NCBI GenBank assembly: GCA_964016885.1
Contig: CAXHJY010000096.1
Span: forward strand, 682,001-746,000
Direction: 5' to 3'
Length of the DNA: 64,000 bases
Source: Eledone cirrhosa
Taxonomy: Eukaryota
Shown here: one piece after another, positions 23,601 through 35,474 of the stretch
Numbering within the stretch: the first letter of the stretch is position 1
Layout: the number at the start of each line of letters is the position of its first letter
Translations under genes and position numbers: made by a program
The notes under the pieces: model-generated
What the model was told of the DNA's origin: nothing
What the model saw: only the letters and a program-made list of their open reading frames with translations
The model's database searches: none

Positions 23601-26600
23601 AAGGGGAGATAATTTTCAGCCGTCCAAGGAGAGGTAATTTCTAGCCGTCCAAGGAGAGATAATTTCCAGCCGTCCAAGGGGAGATAATTTCCAGCCGTCC
23701 AAGGGGAGATAATTTCCAGCCGTCCAAGGAGACATATTTTCCAGCCGTCCAAGGAGAGGTAATTCCTAGCCGTCCAAGGGGAGATAAATTCCAGCCTCCA
23801 AGGGGAGATAATTTCCAGCCAGCCAAGGGGAGATAATTTGTAAAAAAAATCAGGGGGAGATAATTTGTAAAAAAAATCAGGGGGAGATAATTTGTAAAAA
23901 AAAATCAGGGGGAGATAATTTGTAAAAAAAATCAAGGGGAGATAATTTCCAGCCGTCCAAGGGGAGATAATTTTCAGCCGTCCAAGGGGAGATAATTTCC
24001 CGCCAGCCAAGGGAAGATAATATTCAAAAAAATCAGGCGGAGATAATTTGTAAAAAAAATCAGGGGGAGATAATTTGTAAAAAAATCAGGGGGAGATAAT
24101 TTGTAAAAAAAAAAATCAGGGGGAGATAATTTGTAAAAAAAATCAGGGGTAGATAATTTGTAAAAAAAAATCAGGGGGAGATAATTTGTAAAAAAAAATC
24201 AGGGGGAGATAATTTGTAAAAAAAATGAAAGGGGAGATAATATCCAGCCGTCCAAGGGGAGATAATTTCCAGCCGTCCAAGGGGAGATAATTTCCAGCCG
24301 TCCAAGGGGAGATAATTTCCATCCTTCCAAGGGGATATAATTTCCAGCCGTCCAAGGGGAGATAATTTCCATCCTTCCAAGGGGATATAATTTCCAGCCG
24401 TCCAAGGGGAGATAATTTTCAGCCGTCCAAGGAGAGGTAATTTCTAGCCGTCCAAGGAGAGATAATTTCCAGCCGTCCAAGGGGAGATAATTTCCAGCCG
24501 TCCAAGGGGAGATAATTTCCAGCCGTCCAAGGAGACATATTTTCCAGCCGTCCAAGGAGAGGTAATTCCTAGCCGTCCAAGGGGAGATAAATTCCAGCCT
24601 CCAAGGGGAGATAATTTCCAGCCAGCCAAGGGGAGATAATTTGTAAAAAAAATCAGGGGGAGATAATTTGTAAAAAAATCAGGGGGAGATAATTTGTAAA
24701 AAAAATCAGGGGGAGATAATTTGTAAAAAAAATCAGGGGGAGATAATTTGTAAAAAAAAATCAGGGGTAGATAATTTGTAAAAAAAATTCAGGGGGAGAT
24801 AATTTGTAAAAAAATCAAGGGGAGATAATTTCCAGCCGTCCAAGGGAAGATAATTTCCAGCCCTCCAAGGGGCTATAATTTCCAGCGTCCAAGGGGAGAT
24901 AATTTCCAGCCAGCGAAGGGGAGATAATTTTTTTAAAAAAATCATTGGGAGATTTGTAAAAAAAATCAGGGGGAGATAATTTGTAAAAAAAATCAAGGGG
25001 AGATAATTTCCAGCCGTCCAAGGGGAGGTAATATCTAGCCGTCCAAGGGTAGATAATTTCCAGCCGTCCAACGGGAGATAATTTCCAGCCGTCCAAGGGT
25101 AGATAATATCCAGCCGCCCAAGGACATATTTTCCAGCCGTCCAAGGAGAGGTAATTTCTAGCCGTCCAAGGGGAGATAATTTCCAGCCGTCCAAGGGTAG
25201 ATAATATCCAGCCGTCCAAGGACATATTTTCCAGCCGTCCAAGGAGAGGTAATTTCTAGCCGTCCAAGGGGAGATAAATTCCAGCCTCCAAGGGGAGATA
25301 ATTTCCAGCCAGCCAAGGGGAGATAATTTGTAAAAAAATCAGGGGGAGATAATTTGTAAAAAAAATCAGGGGGAGATAATTTGTAAAAAAAAATCAGGGG
25401 GAGATAATTTGTAAAAAAAAATCAGGGGGAGATAATTTGCAAAAAAAATCAGGGGGAGATAATTTGTAAAAAAAAATCAGGGGTAGATAATTTGTAAAAA
25501 AAAATCAGGGGGAGATAATTTGTAAAAAAAAATCAGGGGGAGATAATTTGTAAAAAAAATCAAGGGGAGATAATTTCCAGCCGTCCAAGGAGAGATAATT
25601 TTAAAAAAAATCAGGCGGAGATAATTTGTAAAAAAAAATCAGGGGGAGATAATTTGTAAAAAAAAATCAGGGGGAGATAATTTGTAAAAAAAAATCAGGG
25701 GGAGATAATTTGTAAAAAAAATCAGGAGGAGATAATTTGTAAAAAAAATCAAGGGGAGATAATTTCCAGCCGTCCAAGGAGAGATAATTTAAAAAAAAAT
25801 CAGGCGGAGATAATTTGTAAAAAAAAATCAGGGGGAGATAATTTGTAAAAAAAAATCAGGGGGAGATAATTTGTAAAAAAAATCAAGGGGAGATAATTTC
25901 CAGCCGTCCAAGGGGAGATAATTTTCAGCCGTCCAAGGAGAGGTAATTTCTAACCGTCCGAGGAGAGATAATTTCCAGCCGTCCAAGGGGAGATAATTTC
26001 CAGCCGTCCAAGGGGAGATAATTTCCAGCCGTCCAAGGAGACATATTTTCCAGCCGTCCAAGGAGAGGTAATTTCTAGCCGTCCAAGGGGAGATAAATTC
26101 CAGCCTCCAAGGGGAGATAATTTCCAGCCAGCCAAGGGGAGATAATTTGTAAAAAAATCAGGGGGAGATAATTTGCAAAAAAAATCAGGGGGAGATAATT
26201 TGTAAAAAAAATCAGGGGGAGATAATTTGTAAAAAATAATCAGGGGGAGATAATTTCCAGCCGTCCAAGGGAAGATAATTTCCAGCCCTCCAAGGGGCTA
26301 TAATTTCCAGTGTCCAAGGGGAGATAATTTCCAGCCAGCGAAGGGGAGATAATTTTTTTAAAAAAATCATTGGGAGATTTGTAAAAAAAATCAGGGGGAG
26401 ATAATTTGTAAAAAAAATCAAGGGGAGATAATTTCCAGCCGTCCAAGGGGAGGTAATATCTAGCCGTCCAAGGGGAGATAATTTCCAGCCGTCCAAGGGG
26501 AGATAATTTCCAGCCGTCCAAGGGTAGATAATATCCAGCCGCCCAAGGACATATTTTCCAGCCGTCCAAGGAGAGGTAATTTCTAGCCGTCCAAGGGGAG

Positions 26601-28813
26601 ATAAATTCCAGCCTCCAAGGGGAGATAATTTCCAGCCAGCCAAGGGGAGATAATTTGTAAAAAAATCAGGGGGAGATAATTTGTAAAAAAAATCAGGGGG
26701 AGATAATTTGTAAAAAAAAATCAGGGGGAGATAATTTGTAAAAAAAAATCAGGGGGAGATAATTTGCAAAAAAAATCAGGGGGAGATAATTTGTAAAAAA
26801 AAATCAGGGGTAGATAATTTGTAAAAAAAAATCAGGGGGAGATAATTTGTAAAAAAAAATCAGGGGGAGATAATTTGTAAAAAAAATCAAGGGGAGATAA
26901 TTTGTAAAAAAAATCAAGGGGAGATAATTTCCAGCCGTCCAAGGGGAGGTAATATCTAGCCGTCCAAGGGGAGATAATTTCCAGCCGTCCAAGGGGAGAT
27001 AATTTCCAGCCGTCCAAGGGTAGATAATATCCAGCCGCCCAAGGACATATTTTCCAGCCGTCCAAGGAGAGGTAATTTCTAGCCGTCCAAGGGGAGATAA
27101 ATTCCAGCCTCCAAGGGGAGATAATTTCCAGCCAGCCAAGGGGAGATAATTTGTAAAAAAATCAGGGGGAGATAATTTGTAAAAAAAATCAGGGGGAGAT
27201 AATTTGTAAAAAAAAATCAGGGGGAGATAATTTGTAAAAAAAAATCAGGGGGAGATAATTTGCAAAAAAAATCAGGGGGAGATAATTTGTAAAAAAAAAT
27301 CAGGGGTAGATAATTTGTAAAAAAAAATCAGGGGGAGATAATTTGTAAAAAAAAATCAGGGGGAGATAATTTGTAAAAAAAATCAAGGGGAGATAATTTG
27401 TAAAAAAAATCAAGGGGAGATAATTTCCAGCCGTCCAAGGGGAGGTAATATCTAGCCGTCCAAGGGGAGATAATTTCCAGCCGTCCAACGGGAGATAATT
27501 TCCAGCCGTCCAAGGGTAGATAATATCCAGCCGCCCAAGGACATATTTTCCAGCCGTCCAAGGAGAGGTAATTTCTAGCCGTCCAAGGGGAGATAATTTC
27601 CAGCCGTCCAAGGGTAGATAATATCCAGCCGTCCAAGGACATATTTTCCAGCCGTCCAAGGAGAGGTAATTTCTAGCCGTCCAAGGGGAGATAAATTCCA
27701 GCCTCCAAGGGGAGATAATTTCCAGCCAGCCAAGGGGAGATAATTTGTAAAAAAATCAGGGGGAGATAATTTGTAAAAAAAATCAGGGGGAGATAATTTG
27801 TAAAAAAAAATCAGGGGGAGATAATTTGTAAAAAAAAATCAGGGGGAGATAATTTGCAAAAAAAATCAGGGGGAGATAATTTGTAAAAAAAAATCAGGGG
27901 TAGATAATTTGTAAAAAAAAATCAGGGGGAGATAATTTGTAAAAAAAAATCAGGGGGAGATAATTTGTAAAAAAAATCAAGGGGAGATAATTTGTAAAAA
28001 AAATCAAGGGGAGATAATTTCCAGCCGTCCAAGGGGAGGTAATATCTAGCCGTCCAAGGGGAGATAATTTCCAGCCGTCCAACGGGAGATAATTTCCAGC
28101 CGTCCAAGGGTAGATAATATCCAGCCGCCCAAGGACATATTTTCCAGCCGTCCAAGGAGAGGTAATTTCTAGCCGTCCAAGGGGAGATAATTTCCAGCCG
28201 TCCAAGGGTAGATAATATCCAGCCGTCCAAGGACATATTTTCCAGCCGTCCAAGGAGAGGTAATTTCTAGCCGTCCAAGGGGAGATAAATTCCAGCCTCC
28301 AAGGGGAGATAATTTCCAGCCAGCCAAGGGGAGATAATTTGTAAAAAAATCAGGGGGAGATAATTTGTAAAAAAAATCAGGGGGAGATAATTTGTAAAAA
28401 AAAATCAGGGGGAGATAATTTGTAAAAAAAAATCAGGGGGAGATAATTTGCAAAAAAAATCAGGGGGAGATAATTTGTAAAAAAAAATCAGGGGTAGATA
28501 ATTTGTAAAAAAAAATCAGGGGGAGATAATTTGTAAAAAAAAATCAGGGGGAGATAATTTGTAAAAAAAATCAAGGGGAGATAATTTCCAGCCGTCCAAG
28601 GAGATTATAATTTTAAAAAAAATCAGGCGGAGATAATTTGTAAAAAAAAATCAGGGGGAGATAATTTGTAAAAAAAAATCAGGGGGAGATAATTTGTAAA
28701 AAAAAATCAGGGGGAGATAATTTGTAAAAAAAATCAGGAGGAGATAATTTGTAAAAAAAATCAAGGGGAGATAATTTCCAGCCGTCCAAGGAGAGATAAT
28801 TTAAAAAAAAATC
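17642..28813. repeat. Copy 2 of the 10,578-bp tandem duplication, with one extra 594-bp unit (11,172 bp total)
   Basis: Same ORF pairs as copy 1. The GATTATAATT marker at 17431/28603 has offset 11,172 = 10,578 + 594. Confidence 0.95.
26418..28572. repeat. Local tandem array of 496/594-bp units, one unit longer than the 15.8-17.4 kb counterpart
   Basis: ORF ends at 26569, 27065 (+496), 27659 (+594) and 28253 (+594). Confidence 0.9.
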
Positions 28814-29989
28814 AGGCGGAGATAATTTGTAAAAAAAAATCAGGGGGAGATAATTTGTAAAAAAAAATCAGGTGGAGATAATTTGTAAAAAAAATCAAGG
28901 GGAGATAATTTCCAGCCGTCCAAGGGGAGATAATTTTCAGCCGTCCAAGGAGAGGTAATTTCTAACCGTCCGAGGAGAGATAATTTCCAGCCGTCCAAGG
29001 GGAGATAATTTCCAGCCGTCCAAGGGGAGATAATTTCCAGCCGTCCAAGGAGACATATTTTCCAGCCGTCCAAGGAGAGGTAATTTCTAGCCGTCCAAGG
29101 GGAGATAAATTCCAGCCTCCAAGGGGAGATAATTTCCAGCCAGCCAAGGGGAGATAATTTGTAAAAAAATCAGGGGGAGATAATTTGCAAAAAAAATCAG
29201 GGGGAGATAATTTGTAAAAAAAATCAGGGGGAGATAATTTGTAAAAAATAATCAGGGGGAGATAATTTCCAGCCGTCCAAGGGAAGATAATTTCCAGCCC
29301 TCCAAGGGGCTATAATTTCCAGTGTCCAAGGGGAGATAATTTCCAGCCAGCGAAGGGGAGATAATTTTTTTAAAAAAATCATTGGGAGATTTGTAAAAAA
29401 AATCAGGGGGAGATAATTTGTAAAAAAAATCAAGGGGAGATAATTTCCAGCCGTCCAAGGGGAGGTAATATCTAGCCGTCCAAGGGGAGATAATTTCCAG
29501 CCGTCCAAGGGGAGATAATTTCCAGCCGTCCAAGGGTAGATAATATCCAGCCGCCCAAGGACATATTTTCCAGCCGTCCAAGGAGAGGTAATTTCTAGCC
29601 GTCCAAGGGGAGATAAATTCCAGCCTCCAAGGGGAGATAATTTCCAGCCAGCCAAGGGGAGATAATTTGTAAAAAAATCAGGGGGAGGTAATTTGTAAAA
29701 AAAATCAGGGGGAGATAATTTGTAAAAAAAAATCAGGGGGAGATAATTTGTAAAAAAAATCAGGGGGAGATAATTTGCAAAAAAAATCAGGGGGAGATAA
29801 TTTGTAAAAAAAAATCAGGGGTAGATAATTTGTAAAAAAAAATCAGGGGGAGATAATTTGTAAAAAAAAATCAGGGGGAGATAATTTGTAAAAAAAATCA
29901 AGGGGAGATAATTTCCAGCCGTCCAAGGAGAGATAATTTTAAAAAAAATCAGGCGGAGATAATTTGTAAAAAAAAATCAGGGGGAGATA

Positions 29990-32900
29990 ATTTGTAAAAA
30001 AAATCAGGGGGAGATAATTTGTAAAAAAAAATCAGGGGTAGATAATTTGTAAAAAAAAAATCAGGGGGAGATAATTTGTAAAAAAAAATCAGGGGGAGAT
30101 AATTTGTAAAAAAAATCAAGGGGAGATAATTTCCAGCCGTCCAAGGAGAGATAATTTAAAAAAAAATCAGGCGGAGATAATTTGTAAAAAAAAATTAGGG
30201 GGAGATAATTTGTAAAAAAAAATCAGGGGGAGATAATTTGTAAAAAAAATCAAGGGGAGATAATTTCCAGCCGTCCAAGGGGAGATAATTTTCAGCCGTC
30301 CAAGGGGAGATAATTTCCCGCCAGCCAAGGGAAGATAATATTCAAAAAAATCAGGCGGAGATAATTTGTAAAAAAAATCAGGGGGAGATAATTTGTAAAA
30401 AAATCAGGGGGAGATAATTTGTAAAAAAAAAAATCAGGGGGAGATAATTTGTAAAAAAAATCAGGGGGAGATAATTTGTAAAAAAAAATCAGGGGTAGAT
30501 AATTTGTAAAAAAAAATCAGGGGGAGATAATTTGTAAAAAAAAATCAGGGGGAGATAATTTGTAAAAAAAATGAAAGGGGAGATAATATCCAGCCGTCCA
30601 AGGGGAGATAATTTCCAGCCGTCCAAGGGGAGATAATTTCCAGCCGTCCAAGGGGAGAAAATTTCCATCCTTCCAAGGGGATATAATTTCCAGCCGTCCA
30701 AGGGGAGATAATTTCCATCCTTCCAAGGGGATATAATTTCCAGCCGTCCAAGGGGAGATAATTTTCAGCCGTCCAAGGAGAGGTAATTTCTAGCCGTCCA
30801 AGGAGAGATAATTTCCAGCCGTCCAAGGGGAGATAATTTCCAGCCGTCCAAGGGGAGATAATTTCCAGCCGTCCAAGGAGACATATTTTCCAGCCGTCCA
30901 AGGAGAGGTAATTCCTAGCCGTCCAAGGGGAGATAAATTCCAGCCTCCAAGGGGAGATAATTTCCAGCCAGCCAAGGGGAGATAATTTGTAAAAAAAATC
31001 AGGGGGAGATAATTTCTAAAAAAAATCAGGGGGAGATAATTTGTAAAAAAAAATCAGGGGGAGATAATTTGTAAAAAATAATCAGGGGGAGATAATTTGT
31101 AAAAAAAATCAAGGGGAGATAATTTCCAGCCGTCCAAGGGGAGATAATTTTCAGCCGTCCAAGGGGAGATAATTTCCCGCCAGCCAAGGGAAGATAATAT
31201 TTAAAAAAATTAGGCGGAGATAATTTGTAAAAAAAATCAGGGGGAGATAATTTGTAAAAAAATCAGGGGGAGATAATTTGTAAAAAAAATCAGGGGGAGA
31301 TAATTTGTAAAAAAAATCAGGGGGAGATAATTTGTAAAAAAAAATCAGGGGTAGATAATTTGTAAAAAAAAATCAGGGGGAGATAATTTGTAAAAAAAAA
31401 TCAGGGGGAGATAATTTGTAAAAAAAATCAAGGGGAGATAATTTCCAGCCGTCCAAGGAGAGATAATTTTAAAAAAAATAAGGCGGAGATAATTTGTAAA
31501 AAAAAATCAGGGGGAGATAATTTGTAAAAAAAATCAAGGGGAGATAATTTCCAGCCGTCCAAGGGGAGATAATTTTCAGCCGTCCAAGGGGAGATAATTT
31601 CCCGCCAGCCAAGGGAAGATAATATTCAAAAAAATCAGGCGGAGATAATTTGTAAAAAAAATCAGGGGGAGATAATTTGTAAAAAAAATCAGGGGGAGAT
31701 AATTTGTAAAAAAAAATCAGGGGTAGATAATTTGTAAAAAAAAAATCAGGGGGAGATAATTTGTAAAAAAAAATCAGGGGGAGATAATTTGTAAAAAAAA
31801 TCAAGGGGAGATAATTTCCAGCCGTCCAAGGAGAGATAATTTAAAAAAAAATCAGGCGGAGATAATTTGTAAAAAAAAATTAGGGGGAGATAATTTGTAA
31901 AAAAAAATCAGGGGGAGATAATTTGTAAAAAAAATCAAGGGGAGATAATTTCCAGCCGTCCAAGGGGAGATAATTTTCAGCCGTCCAAGGGGAGATAATT
32001 TCCCGCCAGCCAAGGGAAGATAATATTCAAAAAAATCAGGCGGAGATAATTTGTAAAAAAAATCAGGGGGAGATAATTTGTAAAAAAATCAGGGGGAGAT
32101 AATTTGTAAAAAAAAAAATCAGGGGGAGATAATTTGTAAAAAAAATCAGGGGGAGATAATTTGTAAAAAAAAATCAGGGGTAGATAATTTGTAAAAAAAA
32201 ATCAGGGGGAGATAATTTGTAAAAAAAAATCAGGGGGAGATAATTTGTAAAAAAAATGAAAGGGGAGATAATATCCAGCCGTCCAAGGGGAGATAATTTC
32301 CAGCCGTCCAAGGGGAGATAATTTCCAGCCGTCCAAGGGGAGAAAATTTCCATCCTTCCAAGGGGATATAATTTCCAGCCGTCCAAGGGGAGATAATTTC
32401 CATCCTTCCAAGGGGATATAATTTCCAGCCGTCCAAGGGGAGATAATTTTCAGCCGTCCAAGGAGAGGTAATTTCTAGCCGTCCAAGGAGAGATAATTTC
32501 CAGCCGTCCAAGGGGAGATAATTTCCAGCCGTCCAAGGGGAGATAATTTCCAGCCGTCCAAGGAGACATATTTTCCAGCCGTCCAAGGAGAGGTAATTCC
32601 TAGCCGTCCAAGGGGAGATAAATTCCAGCCTCCAAGGGGAGATAATTTCCAGCCAGCCAAGGGGAGATAATTTGTAAAAAAAATCAGGGGGAGATAATTT
32701 CTAAAAAAAATCAGGGGGAGATAATTTGTAAAAAAAAATCAGGGGGAGATAATTTGTAAAAAATAATCAGGGGGAGATAATTTGTAAAAAAAATCAAGGG
32801 GAGATAATTTCCAGCCGTCCAAGGGGAGATAATTTTCAGCCGTCCAAGGGGAGATAATTTCCCGCCAGCCAAGGGAAGATAATATTTAAAAAAATTAGGC

Positions 32901-33360
32901 GGAGATAATTTGTAAAAAAAATCAGGGGGAGATAATTTGTAAAAAAATCAGGGGGAGATAATTTGTAAAAAAAATCAGGGGGAGATAATTTGTAAAAAAA
33001 ATCAGGGGGAGATAATTTGTAAAAAAAAATCAGGGGTAGATAATTTGTAAAAAAAAATCAGGGGGAGATAATTTGTAAAAAAAAATCAGGGGGAGATAAT
33101 TTGTAAAAAAAATCAAGGGGAGATAATTTCCAGCCGTCCAAGGAGAGATAATTTTAAAAAAAATAAGGCGGAGATAATTTGTAAAAAAAAATCAGGGGGA
33201 GATAATTTGTAAAAAAAATCAAGGGGAGATAATTTCCAGCCGTCCAAGGGGAGATAATTTTCAGCCGTCCAAGGGGAGATAATTTCCCGCCAGCCAAGGG
33301 AAGATAATATTCAAAAAAATCAGGCGGAGATAATTTGTAAAAAAAATCAGGGGGAGATAA
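29990..33360. repeat. 1,685-bp tandem duplication
   Basis: ORF pair 30489/32174. Rare variants AGAAAATTTCC (30656/32341) and AAATAAGGCGG (31479/33164) have offset 1,685. Confidence 0.93.
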
Positions 33361-35474
33361 TTTGTAAAAAAATCAGGGGGAGATAATTTGTAAAAAAAAA
33401 AATCAGGGGGAGATAATTTGTAAAAAAAATCAGGGGGAGATAATTTGTAAAAAAAATCAGGGGTAGATAATTTGTAAAAAAAAATCAGGGGGAGATAATT
33501 TGTAAAAAAAAATCAGGGGGAGATAATTTGTAAAAAAAATGAAAGGGGAGATAATATCCAGCCGTCCAAGGGGAGATAATTTCCAGCCGTCCAAGGGGAG
33601 ATAATTTCCAGCCGTCCAAGGGGAGATAATTTCCATCCTTCCAAGGGGATATAATTTCCAGCCGTCCAAGGGGAGATAATTTCCATCCTTCCAAGGGGAT
33701 ATAATTTCCAGCCGTCCAAGGGGAGATAATTTTCAGCCGTCCAAGGAGAGGTAATTTCTAGTCGTCCAAGGAGAGATAATTTCCAGCCGTCCAAGGGGAG
33801 ATAATTTCCAGCCGTCCAAGGGGAGATAATTTCCAGCCGTCCAAGGAGACATATTTTCCAGCCGTCCAAGGAGAGGTAATTCCTAGCCGTCCAAGGGGAG
33901 ATAAATTCCAGCCTCCAAGGGGAGATAATTTCCAGCCAGCCAAGGGGAGATAATTTGTAAAAAAAATCAGGGGGAGATAATTTGTAAAAAAAATCAGGGG
34001 GAGATAATTTGTAAAAAAAAATCAGGGGGAGATAATTTGTAAAAAATAATCAGGGGGAGATAATTTGTAAAAAAAATCAAGGGGAGATAATTTCCAGCCG
34101 TCCAAGGGGAGATAATTTTCAGCCGTCCAAGGGGAGATAATTTCCCGCCAGCCAAGGGAAGATAATATTTTAAAAAATTAGGCGGAGATAATTTGTAAAA
34201 AAAATCAGGGGGAGATAATTTGTAAAAAAATCAGGGGGAGATAATTTGTAAAAAAAATCAGGGGGAGATAATTTGTAAAAAAAATCAGGGGGAGATAATT
34301 TGTAAAAAAAAATCAGGGGTAGATAATTTGTAAAAAAAAATCAGGGGGAGATAATTTGTAAAAAAAATCAAGGGGAGATAATTTCCAGCCGTCCAAGGGA
34401 AGATAATTTCCAGCCCTCCAAGGGGCTATAATTTCCAGCGTCCAAGGGGAGATAATTTCCAGCCAGCGAAGGGGAGATAATTTTTTTAAAAAAATCATTG
34501 GGAGATTTGTAAAAAAAATCAGGGGGAGATAATTTGTAAAAAAAATCAAGGGGAGATAATTTCCAGCCGTCCAAGGGGAGGTAATATCTAGCCGTCCAAG
34601 GGTAGATAATTTCCAGCCGTCCAACGGGAGATAATTTCCAGCCGTCCAAGGGTAGATAATATCCAGCCGCCCAAGGACACATTTTCCAGCCGTCCAAGGA
34701 GAGGTAATTTCTAGCCGTCCAAGGGGAGATAATTTCCAGCCGTCCAAGGGTAGATAATATCCAGCCGTCCAAGGACATATTTTCCAGCCGTCCAAGGAGA
34801 GGTAATTTCTAGCCGTCCAAGGGGAGATAAATTCCAGCCTCCAAGGGGAGATAATTTCCAGCCAGCCAAGGGGAGATAATTTGTAAAAAAATCAGGGGGA
34901 GATAATTTGTAAAAAAAATCAGGGGGAGATAATTTGTAAAAAAAAATCAGGGGGAGATAATTTGTAAAAAAAAATCAGGGGGAGATAATTTGCAAAAAAA
35001 ATCAGGGGGAGATAATTTGTAAAAAAAAATCAGGGGTAGATAATTTGTAAAAAAAAATCAGGGGGAGATAATTTGTAAAAAAAAATCAGGGGGAGATAAT
35101 TTGTAAAAAAAATCAAGGGGAGATAATTTCCAGCCGTCCAAGGAGAGATAATTTAAAAAAAAATCAGGCGGAGATAATTTGTAAAAAAAAATCAGGGGGA
35201 GATAATTTGTAAAAAAAAATCAGGGGGAGATAATTTGTAAAAAAAAATCAGGGGGAGATAATTTGTAAAAAAAATCAGGAGATAATTTGTAAAAAAAATC
35301 AAGGGGAGATAATTTCCAGCCGTCCAAGGAGAGATAATTTAAAAAAAAATCAGGCGGAGATAATTTGTAAAAAAAAATCAGGGGGAGATAATTTGTAAAA
35401 AAAAATCAGGGGGAGATAATTTGTAAAAAAAATCAAGGGGAGATAATTTCCAGCCGTCCAAGGGGAGATAATTT

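Noticed and set aside
35270-35290. Isolated truncated monomer TCAGGAGATAAT
   Set aside because: This is a private 3-bp slippage deletion of the CAGGAGGAG variant seen at paralogous sites. It is useful as a marker only.
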